From positions 40,550,001 to 40,614,000 of the forward strand of contig NC_086108.1 in the NCBI RefSeq assembly GCF_963921235.1: a DNA stretch of 64,000 nucleotides, given 5' to 3'. Shown here one piece after another: positions 11,418-25,239 of the stretch; position 1 is the first letter of the stretch, and the number at the start of each line of letters is the position of its first letter. This stretch comes from Mobula hypostoma. Taxonomy: Eukaryota. The position numbers and the translations under genes were made by a program. The notes under the pieces are model-generated. The model was not told where the DNA came from and ran no database searches. It worked only from the letters and a program-made list of their open reading frames with translations.

Positions 11418-12271
11418 ATGCCGAAGGCAAATAAAGCCAAGACCGCCGACTGCCAAACGACTGGAGTTAGTGTTAACAACAGGTCTGTAAAGAACTTCTC
11501 GGCGTCTGAGATACCACCGGATGAAACATATGCCACGTGCAAGGAGTTGGGTCAGGAGATTTCTGAGTCAGTTCTGCGCGGCATTAACGACCGCTTTGAT
11601 GTTTTTGAGACCAAGTTTCAGACACTTGTGGCCTCACAGGCCGATCTACAAGTCCGTGTGGCTAATCAAGAACTAACCGCTAGTGACCTTGAAGCACGCG
11701 TGCAAGAGCTTGAATCTAAGTATTCAGAGCTAATGAGACAAAATAGCCAGCTCCAAGCTAAAGTGCTTGACATAGAGGCTCGTTCCCAGAGACGTAACAT
11801 TAAGATTGTAGGGATACAAGAGGGTGAGGAGGATGCTAAACCTACTGAATTTGTTTCCAGACTGTTTCCCAAGTTGCTCGGGGAAGAGCATTTCCCATAC
11901 CCAGTTAAAGTCAATCATGCACATCGCTCTCTCCAGCCGAAGCCGGCTGCCAGCGCTAAGCCGCGCACCACTTTGGCACGTATCCACTTTCAAGTGAAAG
12001 AGCTGATCCTGCACTGCAGCAGACTACGACCCATGGATACAAGGGAAACAAAGTCTTGATCTTCCCGGATTATACTAATGAGGTGATGACTCAATATCGT
12101 GCCTTTCGTGATGTACTGCAAACTCTGCGTGATGGAGGAATCAAGCACACCCTGCGGTATCCGGCTAGGCTCTATATTTATCATCAGGATGGAGGAGCGC
12201 CTATAGTATACGACGACCCGATGGAAGCAGCACAATTCTTGGAAAGGAATAACGCACACAAAAGGGAGTAG
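11418..12271 (+). pseudogene. L1 ORF1p (coiled coil + RRM/CTD), frameshift near 12040
   Basis: Heptad-rich segment then EARSQRRNIKIVGIQEGEE, HAHR, PRT, IFPDY, LRYPARL: typical L1 ORF1 motifs. Confidence 0.9.
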
Positions 12272-12794
12272 CTATATTGACACTGTTTATTCAGCTTATA
12301 TTTGTGCCCGTTTCCATGTTGGGGATAAGGGGAGGGACCTGCTTGTTATACATAGTTTTACAATGTTGTATGCCGCACTGAGATTTAATTGCAGAGAATG
12401 TTCTAAATATGTCTGTTATTATAAGGGTTAAATTTGAGTTGGTGTCATGAATGTCCAGCTTCAGGTGTGGACATTGGATAACTCTAACCCAGCCCTAATA
12501 GCATTTATCTAATGGTATTATATAGTTTGTGTTATAAATTTTCTCAGAGAGAGGGTTTGTGATAATTCTGTAATGTTAGTTACCTGCCCAGCAGCTCCTT
12601 TTGGGATGGAAATGGGGAACTATGTGTCTGGTTGTGGGAAACACGAAGGTGGGGTGGGCTAGGGTGTGTGTTGTTCTTGTTTATGGGTCAGACATGCTTT
12701 TTTTGTTTACGTTGTGTTTTTATGAGGCTGCCAGCTATTTTGCATTGTTTACTATGTTTGTGCTCAACTCTAATAATCTCTTTTTTATTCTCAT

Positions 12795-15700
12795 ATGCAG
12801 AGGCCTTGCGGAAGAACGCAGCTGGGGGGTAAAGATATTACAATAGTCTCGTGGGATGTTAAGGGCCTTGGTCATGTTGTTAAGAGGGATAAAGTTTTTA
12901 GACATCTCGAATCTCTATCTGCAGATGTGATTTTTCTACAGGAAACCCATATCAAAGTAACTGAGCTACACAGATTGAGGTCGAGCTGGATATTGCAGGT
13001 TTACCAGTCACTATTTACTTCTCATGCCCGTGGTGTGGCTACCCTCTTTAGGAAAAATATTCCATTTCAACTCACCTCCATGACCACAGATCCTCTCAGC
13101 AGGTTTATCATGACCTCTGGCACCATTAATTCGTTTCCGCTAATCTTCCTTAATATTTACAGTCCAAAGACAGACGAGCCAAATTTTTTTAGGAAAGGTT
13201 TTGATTTACTTTCAAATATAGTAATTGGCAGTGACTTGAATTGCTACTTAGATCCATATTTAGATAGATTGTCCTCCCGCCTGCCCTCAAATATCATGTA
13301 AGCGCAGATCCTAAATAATTTGATTAAATCTAGGAATTTAGCAGATATCTAGGGAGTTCAACATCCCACCGACAAGGACTATTCTTATTATTCTCATGTT
13401 CACAAATCTTATAGTAGAATAGACTATTTTTTGGTTGACTCTCATTTGATTGCTCGTGTTACCAATACAAAATATCATAATATATTAATTTCTGACCATA
13501 GGCCCTTGACAATGTCCCAAAATCTCTCCCTTCCCAAACAAATATATTCATGGTGCTTTAACCCCTCCCTACTTACTGATAAGAAATTTATAGAAAATAT
13601 CACCACCAGATTAAAAGATTTTATAGAAATTAATGATAACGGTGAGCTGTCAGATTCCACGCACTGGGAGACATTAAAAGTTGTAACTCGTGGGTATATA
13701 ATTTCATATGAAACCGCTGCTAAGAGGGAGAGAGAAGGGCGATTATTAGAGATTGGGAATACTCTCCCAACCCTCGAAGCGACATACCAGGCTTCGAAAT
13801 CCTCTGAAGATTATAATAATATAATGAAGCTTAAATACGAGTACAATTGTATCTTGGGTAGTCAAATAAATAACCTCCTCTTAAAATTAAGACAAAAGCA
13901 TTTCAAAATGGAGGACAAACCTGGGGGGGGGGGCTTCTGGCGCAGCAGCGTAGGGGTACCCAGGCCCTAAGGTCAATTCATTGCTTTAGATCGAGGGCGG
14001 ATACCCTGTTAACTAACTCCAAGGAGGTAAATGATTTTAAAAGAATTTTACAGTGAACTCTGCACTTCTAAATGCAATGCCACTCAATCTGATTTGAATG
14101 ACTTCTCTGATTCTTTTGTAATGCCAAAACTTAGTGACACTGCTCGGGAGGACCTGGATTCTGACTTCACATTGGAAGAAATAACTTCTGCCATTAAGTT
14201 ATTTCGGTCCGGCAAGGCAGCTTTGGCTGTGAATTTTATAAGAAATTTTGTGATATCCTTGCTCCACTTCTCCTCAGAATTATATCTTGCTCTAACAGGG
14301 ATAAAGTCTTATCTAAAACATTGTACGAGGCTAACATTTCCCTCATTTTAAAGAAAGGTAAAAAGGAAACAGACCCAGCCAGCTGTAGGCCCATTGCACT
14401 CCAAAATTTCGATAGAAAGATAATTACTAAAATGCTGGCTAATCGACTAAATAAGCATTTGTCATCTATCACTCATCCTGATCAGACAGGATTTATTCCG
14501 GGTAGTTTCTCTTTTTCCAATGTCAGATTCTTCTGTAATACTATATATGCTGATCATGGGAAAGTTAGTAGGGCAGCAATTTTATCCCTTGATGCACAGA
14601 AGGCTTTTGACCAGATTGAGTGGCCTTACATGTTTGAGTCACTGTACAGGTTTGGATTCAGCGAGTCATTTATTTCCTGGGTAAAACTGATATACAACAG
14701 CCCAATGTGTTTTATTATAACTAATGGTGACAATTCAATTCAATTACATCTTTGCCGTCGCGGTAGAGCCCATTGCCCTAAAAATAAGAAGTCAACCAAA
14801 TATTGTGGGTTTGAAAGTGGGAGGTATTGAAACACTTATTAGTTTATATGCCAACGATGTGATACTCTACTTACAAAACTCAGAAAAGGTAGTCCCCCTT
14901 CTTCTAGATTTAATCACCTCTTTTGGCAGACTATCGGGATACTCAAACAATTGGCCAAAAAGTGACTTCGTGACCCTATCCATCGTCTACACGTGGGGTT
15001 TTTTGGAAAGTGTCCCATTCAAAGTAGTTAAAGATCACTTTACTTATCTTGGTTTGGCAATCCCCAAAGATCCTAAATTAATATTTGAATTAAACTTTGC
15101 AGAGTTTATTTCAAAACTTAAACAAAATATAGGAAGTTGGAAAACCCTACCTCTGTCCATGATTGGTCATATAAATTCAACTAAAATGGTTTCCCTTCCT
15201 AGGTTTCTCTATCTTTGTCAAAATCTCCCCATTTTTCTTACATCAGCCTTCTTTAAAGAATTGGACTCCATAATATTGTCTTATATCTGGAATTAAAAGA
15301 ATCACAGGATTTTGAAAATTCATTTACAAAAGCCCAAGTCTGAAGGAGGGCTGGGATTACCTGTATTTAGACACTATTATTGGGCTGTCAATGCTAGGGC
15401 TTTAATGTTTTGGCAAAAGGGGCTCTGCATAACCTATCCCCTGGGGCTCGCTTATGGCTATGTATGGAGTCTAACTCTGTTGTCAATTCCTCCTTGCCAG
15501 CCATGCTGTTCTCTAAGTTAGAAAAGCCTGGGACTTCAAAAAGTTTAAGTTTTGTTTTGAAAACTTCCGTCAGAATCCTAAATCAGATTAGGAACGTTCT
15601 GAATTTACCAGAGACCTCTGTACAAATACCATTCTGTTTCAATCACTCCTTTCTACCCTCATGGTCAGATAGAACCTACCATGCTTGGAGGGAGAAGTGT

Positions 15701-16547
15701 CTAGTTTCTATTGAAGACCCGTACATAGAGGGATGGTTTGCAACATTTAGTCTGCTGAAAGAGAAATTTGAGCTGCCTCATTCGCACTTTTTTCATTACT
15801 TACAAATTAGACACTACGTTCAATCTAAGATTTGTAATTTTGAAATCCTTCCAGGGAAGCATATATTTTTTGATATTTTAAAGAACCCTCCTGACTCCAG
15901 GCATCTCATTTCTAAGTTTGTACGTTTGTTTGATGATTGTACTGTAGCGTCTACTGTGAAGATTACAGATGCCTGGAGAGAGGAGTTGGGCATTGAATTA
16001 TCTGAAGCTGCCTGGGACAAGAGTTTGTCTATGATACAGGCTTGCTCTGTTAACAACAGACACCAACTGATTCAGTTTAAATTTGTCCATTATCTCCATT
16101 ACTCTAAACTTAAATCGCACAGATTTACCCTTCTGTCTCACCAATGTGTGATAGATGCCAAGGGATGGAGGCCATGTTGTCACACACCTTTTGGTTTTGC
16201 CATCATTGACTGGATTTTGGTCCAAAATATTTGACTGGTACTCAAAGGCCTATGAAAGATCCTTCCCCTTGGAAGCTGGTCTCGCCATCTTTGGCTGTTC
16301 ACAATCTACTCTATGCTTCTCTACAGCCATACAACAGTCTCTGATGCTGAGGATGATTGTCGCGAAAAGACTTATCTTGAGGGAATGGAAATCACCCTCT
16401 CCCCCTTCCTTTCGGAGATGGATGGCTGACATGACCTCAGTCATACAGATGGAGAAACTCAGGTTCTTGAGAACCAATTCAATTAAAAAGTTTTCAGCTA
16501 TCTGGGATCCATTTCTTGCCTACCTGGATGAGGCCGGGGGCGGATGA
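12795..16547 (+). pseudogene. L1 ORF2p (APE + RT + Cys-rich C-terminus), several frameshifts and stops
   Basis: SWDVKGL, FLQETH, ISDH, RPIAL, DQTGF, SLDAQKAFD, LYANDV (degenerate YADD), GGLGLP, CDRC..HTFWFC. Confidence 0.93.
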
Positions 16548-17155
16548 GCAAATTCCGCCCATCTGATTTCTCACGGCCCTCATTTGAGATTTAATGTTTA
16601 GTATTTTTGAGCACTTTGTACAATAGGCACCCCTCTAATGTTATGTCCCTTTTTTTTTTGCTTATTTCATTTTTACACATGTCTGAGCTGGTATGTTCTT
16701 GTTGATTTCATTGTTTTTTTTTAATTTTGAAAACAAAGTACGAAAAAAACACTGGGCCCCTGGCGAATCAAGCCTGGCTTGTCCTAGAGACAGGAAGACA
16801 GCCTGTTAGCTCTTATTCTGGTAGTTTGAAAATAAGCCCCATATTTTGGAGGTCTGTTCTTGTTTCTTTTTCTCCCTCATTATTGAAGCTTGAATGAAAA
16901 ATACACACTCATTAGCCACTTTATTATTTAGAAACACTTGGTCGTTAAAGCAAAATCTAATCAGCCAATTATGTGGCAGCAACTCCATGCATAAAAGCAT
17001 GCAGATATGGTCAAGAGGTTCAGTTGTTCTTCAGACCAAATATCAGAATGGGGATGAAATGTCATCGAAGTGACTCTGACCATTGAATGATTGTTGGTGC
17101 CAGGTAGGGTGACTGGAGGATCTCCTGGGATTTTCACGGACAACAGTCTCTAGAG

Positions 17156-17239
17156 CAGGGGATCCCAAGGTTTTTTTTTAATGGCATGGACTAATATCAT
17201 TAAGCAAGGGGTCCATGGACCCTAGGTTGGGACCCCATG
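17156..17239. mobile_element. 84-bp hAT (Charlie-like) MITE
   Basis: Ends caggggatcccaa / ttgggaccccatg; 8-bp TSD CTCTAGAG (17148-17155) / CCCTAGGG (17240-17247). Confidence 0.75.
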
Positions 17240-17504
17240 CCCTAGGGTTTACAGGGAATGGTGCAAAAAACAAAAATATATCTAGTGAGCGGCAGCTCTG
17301 TGGGACAAAAATGTCATGTTAATGAGAGAGGTTGGAGGAGAAAGGCCAGACTGGTTCAAGCTGACAGGAAGACGATAGTAACTCTAATAACAATGTGCTA
17401 CAAAAATGGTGTGCAGGGAAGCATCTCTATTGCACAACACATTAAATTTTGAAGTGGATGTACTACAGCAGTCGATGACCATGAATATACACCCAGTTCG
17501 ATGA

Positions 17505-18256
17505 TTCAAAGGCTCAGTTTAAAATCAGAGCACATATACAGTATACAACCTGAAATCCTTACTCTTTGCAAACAGAGAACAAAATTCCGAAGAACGAATG
17601 ACAGAAAAACGTTTGAACCCCAAAGGCCACCCTCTCCCCCACACACATAAGTAGCAGCAAAAGCATCAACCCTTTCCCCTCCCCCTCCCTGTCTAGCTTC
17701 AGCAAATGCATCAGCACCACCCACCATTCAAGCAATAGCAAGCCCCCAGAAGCTATGATCTAGAGTCAATCAAAACCTACTGACCATCCCAACACTTCAG
17801 CATCTCAACAGGCCCTCTCTCTCACTAATGAAGGAGTGAGAGATATCAGTCCTGCCACAGCGAGAGGGAAGGCCAAAAGCCCGCTATTTTGATGTTACAG
17901 TCTGCAGTGTCACTTATTTGAGTTCCTCTGACTTGGAGCCAACAGATTCTTACTCACTATCAAAAGGGAGAGACAAAAAGATAGAGAGACAGCTGTGCCT
18001 GCTGTCTCAGTGTTTCGAACTCCTGCGACGCTTCAGTCAGTGTCACCAGCGAGGAATCGCGTCGCCCACAGAGAAGAGTGAGAACCGACTGCCCGTGAAG
18101 AACATAGTTTGAGTGCAGCTGCAGATCATGGATGCTGACAAGATCCCAGGCACCTTGAAAAGGAAAAAAGACAAATGAGAACAGGAGATTTAAGCTGTTT
18201 TGCTGATGAACTGGAAGAAGTCATCCAAGTCCCCAAAATCCTCTGGTGCCAACTTT
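17505..18256 (-). mobile_element. Non-autonomous retroposon with Rex1-like 3' tail
   Basis: Minus-strand tail aggttgtatactgtatatgtgctctgattttaaactgagcctttgaa resembles the Rex1 tail at 3755-3810; interrupts Tc1; head aagttggcacc. Confidence 0.6.
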
Positions 18257-19945
18257 TATTTAACGTGGCCTCGTCAACAAGTATAGGAGGTATCTAATAA
18301 AGCGGCCACTGTGTGCTAGGTTGTGCAATATTGGATAATTATCCCTTTAAGAATTGTAACGTGTGATCAACTGCTCCCTGTGTGTTGCTACAAACATTTC
18401 TGTCTGGAAGTGGGCAGAACCAGCCTGGCTGTGTGGAAGTCAGTCACAGCAAGAATGAGGTTCACACTTTTAGCTAATTAATCTAGTTGGTTGCCTATTT
18501 TCCAGAATCGTGGAGAGCGAGATTGAAACAGAGGTCCCTTCTGCAGTGGGGTTCTTTCTTTCAGAGACTGTGCTGACTGTTACTTGCAACGACACAGCAG
18601 TTTCTAGTGTTGGTAGCATCATCTTTGTATGTGGACAAAGGGACACTGCAGGGCAAACAGCTAATGATTGATTCATTATATCAGCCACTCCATTCATACC
18701 AATTTCCCATTCTCTGTGTGCACAGAGGCTCTGTCCTGTGTTTTATCTTGGCCTATTTCTGTATTAAAAGAAAGAATTAGTGTCTTTTCTCAACTTCAGA
18801 ACATTCCACAGTCCCACAAACAGCTAGGACTAGGAGCAGCTGCTCCAACCTCTGGGTTAATACATTGCATCAAATGTTTATACTTTGGTATGTTACGTGC
18901 TATTTTGTCTCCACAAAAGAAAGGGAATTAATTATGTGCATTGGCCCATTCATTAGGGATATACCGAGGGAAAAGACTGATTATCTCTGAGAATTAACAA
19001 CTTAGACTGAAAATGCTTACCCTGAGGCGTATCCTCATAAATCTCTCATTCAAAAATGACAGAGCCACGGCAGAGGCTACCTTTCTCCTATCTGTCTGCA
19101 AGGAATAACATCAGCACTGGTCTTGCTGGGAGGGAACAGATCGAAGGACGTGAGAGTTTATTGGGGCAGGAACCAGATCATCCAGGGTTGCCCAGACGGC
19201 CACGCTCTCACCTCGTAGCCACGATATTAAAAGTCAGAGTTGTAAAGGTGTCAGCTGACATGAGGTCTTCGAAGGGCTTAATTTCCACATTCTGTTGCTA
19301 ATTATCTCAGATATAGAAACCACTGTATTTAGTGTTTAAACTTAAACTATTGTGTTATTGCTTCTGTGTAAGTTTCTGATTCTAAGTTTGGCTGAGTTTC
19401 TCTCCTGAGTTCCAAGGTCCAGCACTAGTGTCTGATTGCAAACTGTGTGGATTCACTGTGGAATATAACAATAGATGTTAACTCGTCTTGTGAAAGAGCA
19501 TGGCTCTAAAGTTCAGATAATTGTTGGGGGGTGGAGGCTGGGTTCGTGGCAAGGGGGAAGAACACGAGGATGTGGTAGAGTACAGTACACTGGTAACTAT
19601 CTTACAAAGGATTTTCTAAACTATCTGTCTAATTTCAATTGAGCCAGATAACCAACATCAACTCTAAATACGTCATTTAAAATAATCAAAATATTGCATT
19701 GAAATTGTCCTTGTAACACCAAATATTTTACAGTGGTCAGTGTCTTGCTTGCATGGTAATCCCCCTCACATATTATTCATTATTTATAGGTTATTTGGTT
19801 GCCAAGGGGTCTGACCTTTCAGAAGAATTGCCCTGGCATTGGCGGAGGCTGCAGGTGGTGTTAGAAGGCAGATTTAGTCTGTCTTCAATTGGTTTGAGAT
19901 GGTTGTTCTGTTTTAGAATCAGGGATTGTGATTTACCTCTGCTTT

Positions 19946-20990
19946 TCAAGTCAAGTCAAGTCAAGTCACTTTTTATTGTCATTTTGACCATAACTGCTGG
20001 TACAGTACACAGTAAAAACGAGACTTTTTCAGGACCATGGTGCTACATGAAACAATACAAAAACTACACTGAACTACGTAAAACAACACAAAACGACACT
20101 AGACTACAGACCTACCCAGGACTGCATAAAGTGCACAAAACAGTGCAGGCATTACAATAAATAATAAACAAGACAATAGGCACAGTAGAGGGCAGTAGGT
20201 TGATGTCAGTCCAGGCTCTGGGTATTGAGGAGTCTGATGGCTTGGAGGAAGAAACTGTTACATAGTCTGGTCGTGACAGCCCGAATGCTTCGGTGCCTTT
20301 TGCCAGATGGCAGGAGGGAGAAGAGTTTGTATGAGGGATGCGTGGGGCCCTTCATAATGCTGTTTGCTTTACGGATGCAGCGTGTGGTGTAAATGTCTGT
20401 AACGGCAGGAAGAGAGACCCCGATGATCTTCTCAGCTGACCTCACTATCTGCTGCAGGGTCTTGCGATCCGAGATGGTGCAATTTCCGAACCAGGCAGTG
20501 ATGCAGCTGCTCAGGATGCTCTCAATACAACCTCTGCAGAATGTGGTGAGGATGGGGGGGTGGGAGATGTATTTTTCTCAGCCTTTGCAGAAAGTAGAGA
20601 CGCTGCTGGGTTTTCTTTGCTATGGAGCTGGTATTGAGGGACCAGGTGAGATTGTCCACCAGGTGAACACCAAGAAATTTGGTGCTCTTAACGATCTCTA
20701 CGGAGGAGTCGTCGATGTTCAGTGGAGAGAGGCCACTCCGTGTCCTCCTGAAGTCAAAAACCACCTCTTTTGTTTTGTTCACATTCAGAGACAGGCTGTT
20801 GGCTCTGCACCAGTCTGTTAGCCGCTGCACCTCCTCTCTGTTTGCTGACTCATCATTCTTGCTGATGAGTGAACAGCAGTGGACTGTGCACACAGCCCTG
20901 GGGGGCCCCGTGCTCAGTGTGATGGTGTTAGAGATGCTGCTTCCAATCCGGACTGACTGAGGTCTCCCAGTCAGGAAGTCTAGGATCCAG
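19946..20990 (-). mobile_element. Rex1/Babar LINE 3' fragment with internal deletion
   Basis: WILDFLTGRPQSVRIG, LSLNVNKTKEVVFDFRR, KFLGV, SFFLQAIRLLN; tail (TCAAG)n on +. Confidence 0.93.
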
Positions 20991-21029
20991 TGTTCTGACA
21001 AGTCTGCCAAATTGACCCATTTTAGGCTA

Positions 21030-24000
21030 TTATAGAACATAGGACAGTACAGCACAGGTAAAGGTCCTTCAATTCAAAATATTATGCTGAACTAATTACA
21101 TTAATAATCAAATACCCAGCTAATCCCTTTTGGCTACAAAATGACCATATCATTCCATTTCCTGCACATTCATGTGCCTATCTTAGAGCTCCTAAACAAC
21201 AGTATTGTATTTTCCTCCACAATCACCCCAGGGAGTGCATTCCAGACATCCACAACTTTGTGTGTATATAAAAAAGTACTTGCCCTGCACATCTCTGTTA
21301 AGCTTACTCCCTCTCCTTAAATGCAAGCCTTTTCTTATTAGACTCTTCAAACCTGGGTAAATAATACTGGCTGTCTATTCTATCTATGTCTCTCATAATC
21401 TTATAAACCTCTATCAGATTTCCCCTCAGCCTTCATCACCCCAGATAAAGCGACCCAAGTTTCTATAATCTCTCCTTATAGAACATGCCCACTAATCAAG
21501 ACAACATCCTGATAAACTTCTTCCACACTTTCTCCAAAACCTCAATATCTTTTATATAATGGAGTGACCAGAATTGAATGCAATACTCCAGATGTGAATA
21601 CACCATAATCTGCGCGGATTGGTGATAACATATCCTCCTCACTGACCATGAACACTGGCGCACCTCAGGGGTGTGTGCTTAGCCCACTGCTCTACTCTCT
21701 GTATACACATGACTGTGTGGCTAGGCATAGCTCAAATACCATCAATAAATTTGCTGATGATACAACCATTGTTGGTAGAATCTCAGGTGGTGACGAGAGG
21801 GCGTACAGGAGTGAGATATGCCAACTAGTGGAATGGTGCCGCAGCAACAACCTGGCACTCAACGTCAGAAAGACGAAAGAGCTGATTGTGGACTTCAGGA
21901 AGGATAAGACAAAGGAACACATACCAATCCTCATAGGGGGATCAGAAGTGGAGAGAGTGAGCAGCTTCAAGTTCCTGGGTGTCAAGATCTCCTGAGGATC
22001 TAACCTGGTCCCAACATATCGATGCAGCCATAAAGAAGGCAAGACAGTGGCTATAGTTCATTAAGAGTTTGAAGAGATTTGGCATGTCAACAAAAGCACT
22101 CGAAAACTTCTATAGATGGGTACTGTGGAGAGCATTCTGACAGGTTGGGTCACTGTATGGAGGAACTACTGCACAGGACCGAAAGAAGCTGCAGAAGGTT
22201 GTAAATCTAGTCAGCTCCATCTTGGGTACTAGCCTACAAAGTACCCAGGACATCTTTAGGGAGCAGTGTCTCAGAAAGGCAGCGTCCATTATTAAGGACC
22301 TCCAACACCCAGGGCATGCACTTTTCTCACTGTTACCATCAGATAGGAGGTACAGAAGCTTGAAGGCACACACTCAGCGATTCAGGAACAGCTTCTTCCC
22401 CTCTGCCATCCGATTCCCAAATGGACATTGAATCTTTGGACACTACCTCACTTTTTTTTAATATACAGTATTTCTGTTTTTGCATGTTTTTAAAAATCTA
22501 TTTAATATACATAATTGATTTACTTGTTTATTTATTGTTTTATTTTATTTATTATTTTTTTCTCTGCTAGATTATGTATTACATTGAACTGCTACTACAT
22601 TAAAGCTGCAAATGAACTTCTCAACTCTTGAACTCAGTTTGTTGACTGATAAAGGCAAGCATGCCAAAAATCTTGTTTACCATCCTATCAACCTGTGCAG
22701 CCACTTTCAGGGAGCTATGGACTTGGACCCCAAAATCCCTCTGCATATCAACATTGTTTAGGGTTTTATCATTTGGTTTGATTTCCCAAAGTCCAACACT
22801 TCACGTTTGACCAGGTTAAACTCCATGCATATCTGCAACAGTCCTAATGGGATATCCCTCTGTATTCTTTGCCAGTCATCTATGCTGTTCTCAATACCAC
22901 CAATGTTCATATCATTTGCAAACTTACTTGCTCATGCATTTATGTTTTCATTCACGCCATTTATAAATATCATAACCAGCAGAGGCCTCAGTACATATCC
23001 CTCCAGAACACTGCTAGTCACAGAGCTCCAGCTGGAGTCAGTCCCATCAACCACTACCCTCTGTCTTCTACAGGCAAACCAATCCTGAGTTCAAACGGTC
23101 AATTCACCATGGGGCCCATGCATCTTGATCTTCTGGGTGGGTCCATGAGGGGCCTTGTCAAACAGCATATAAAGTCCATGTAGACAACATTCACAGCTCT
23201 ATCCTCATCAATCACCTTCATCAGCCCCACAAGAGCCCCATCAAGTTAGTAAGATACACCTTGCCATGCACAAAGCACAATCTCTAATTAGTCCATGGTG
23301 TTCCAACTAGTCATAAATCCTATCCCTAAGGATCCTCTCCAGTAACTTCCCTACCACTGAAATGAGACCCACCAGTCTATAGTTTCTATAGTTATGCTTG
23401 ATCCCCTTCCTGAACAACGGAACAACATTAGTTACTCACCGGACATCTAGGACTTTACCTGTGATTAGAGAGAGCACAAAGATATTGGTCAAGGCCCTAG
23501 CAATCTCACCTCTTGCTTCTCTCTGTAACCTGGGCATATCCATCAAACCCTGGAGACTTATCCACTTTTCAAGATACTTCTGTATCTTGAAATGCCTTAG
23601 AAAATTATCATGTTTCACTATCATCCCCCCCCCACCCCCACTATCCTTCACATCCTTTGTCTTGATGAACACTGATGCAAAGTACTCATGTACTACCTCA
23701 TTCAGATCCTCCACCTCCTTTCTTTATCCTTAAATGGTCCTACCCTCTCCCTAGTTATCCTCTTGCTTTTGATGCAAGTATAGAATGTATGGGATTCTCT
23801 TTAATCCTAGTTCCCAAGGACTTTCATGGCCCCTGCTGGCTGCCCTAATTCCCTTCATGAGATTTTTTTTCTGGCTGCTTTATAATCTTGAAGGACTCTT
23901 TTTGGTTTTAGCTTCCTCAATCATACATGTGTTTCCTTTTCCTTCTTGATTAAATTCACCAACCCTGACCTTGCCATCCTCGTCTTTCCTTCCTTACTGG

Positions 24001-24535
24001 AACACATCCACCCTGTACTCTATGCATTTAGTCTTTAAACACCTTTCACCTGTCAGATGTAGTCTTACCCAAATCACCTGATCCCAATTAACTCTCCCTA
24101 GTTCCTGTTTAATATCCTTTGAATTTGCCCTGCTCTAACGTAATATTCTCCAGCAACGTCCATACTTACCCTTATCTATAGCTATCTTAAAACTTAATGA
24201 GTTGTGATCACTGTTTCCTAATTGCTCTCGTACTTAAAGGCCAGTCATCTGGCCAGACTTTTTACCCAACACCAGGACTTTACAAAATCCTTATAATGAA
24301 TTCTGCTCCATCTAAACCTTTTGCACTAAGGAGGTTGCAGTCTATATGAAAGAAATTTAAGTCACTGACGACCAGAAGCCTATTGTTTTTGCATCTTTCC
24401 CTAATCTGCTTGCATATCTATTCCTCAATGTACTGGTGGCTATTTGGGGATCTGTAGTATAATCCCATCAGAGTGATTGTACTCTTAATTTTTACTCCGT
24501 AGAAGCTTCTTCCATTATGTCCCCTCTAAGTGCAG
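21030..24535 (-). mobile_element. Older CR1 LINE (parts ~21030-21600 and ~22600-24535), split by a Rex1
   Basis: Tail atagaacatagg; EYFASVF, LQREARGEIARALTNIF remnants (23436-23714). Confidence 0.8.
21605..22597 (+). mobile_element. Rex1/Babar LINE 3' fragment
   Basis: [38 protein letters not shown] (21648-21995); RFRNSFFPSAIR. Confidence 0.93.
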
Positions 24536-25239
24536 GGTCCAGTGTACATCTCTGCATCTGGTTTTGATGCTGCCTGCGTTTGGGGTGCTCCTGTTCCCTT
24601 TGGTATCAAGAATAAGTATCTGTCTCTGTGACTGTGTACTCAAAACACCTAGCCAGCTTCAGCTAGTACTGGATAATCTGGATCCCAAATCTGAAGGTGT
24701 GGACCCCCCCCCCCCCCCCCGTGAGTGCATTGTCATTAGTGGAGCAATCCTTGAACATTATGTTGAGATGCTAAGTGCTGATCCAGGGTCTCCATCCAAT
24801 TTCTCTAGATCACCCCAATCTGGCAGCCGCAGAAAAGTGCTGGAGCCATCACCACTGTGGAATTGAAGCCTAATGGGTGCTCTGACAAGGTGTTACTGAA
24901 CATCTGGTGAGGCAGCCTGCCAAACAAAAAGCTGGCACTGAAGATCTGCACTGATTCCTAACAGCTATGTTAATCCTCTGGGAAAGGTGGTTGTCAAACT
25001 GTTTGATATTTTCCAGTTACTTACTGTCAATGTTGAACTTCTTTGCTAGTCCTGAGGGTTGACTGGGAGCAAGCTGATAGAGAACTACTTCACTACTTCA
25101 CCTGGTGATCAGGGCAATACTTGGGCTATTTCCAGCTTCAGAGAAGTAGTTAAGAGCTGTTATCTTCCTCTTTAAGTGTGCTGTTCCAGCACAATTATAG
25201 GTATACTTAAGTCTGATTATCTTTATCATTGTTACTGTG

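Larger units (their letters stand above)
11270..16747 (+). mobile_element. Full-length decayed L1-clade LINE (~5.48 kb)
   Basis: Perfect 13-bp TSD AACACTGGGCCCC (11257-11269, 16748-16760); ORF1, T-rich spacer, ORF2, T-rich 3'UTR, short A tail. Confidence 0.96.
16906..18315 (+). mobile_element. Internally deleted Tc1/mariner transposon with two nested insertions
   Basis: TIRs cactcattagccactttatta (16906) / taataaagcggccactgtgtg (18295-18315), 17/21 match; N-terminal transposase remnant MIVGAR..LLGFSRTTVSRVYREW..RLVQADRK; no DDE domain. Confidence 0.8.

Noticed and set aside
2141..24720. G/C homopolymers at ~2141, ~13923 and ~24705 as G-quadruplex signals
   Set aside because: Isolated single runs, two of them inside decayed TEs; slippage or sequencing error explains them.
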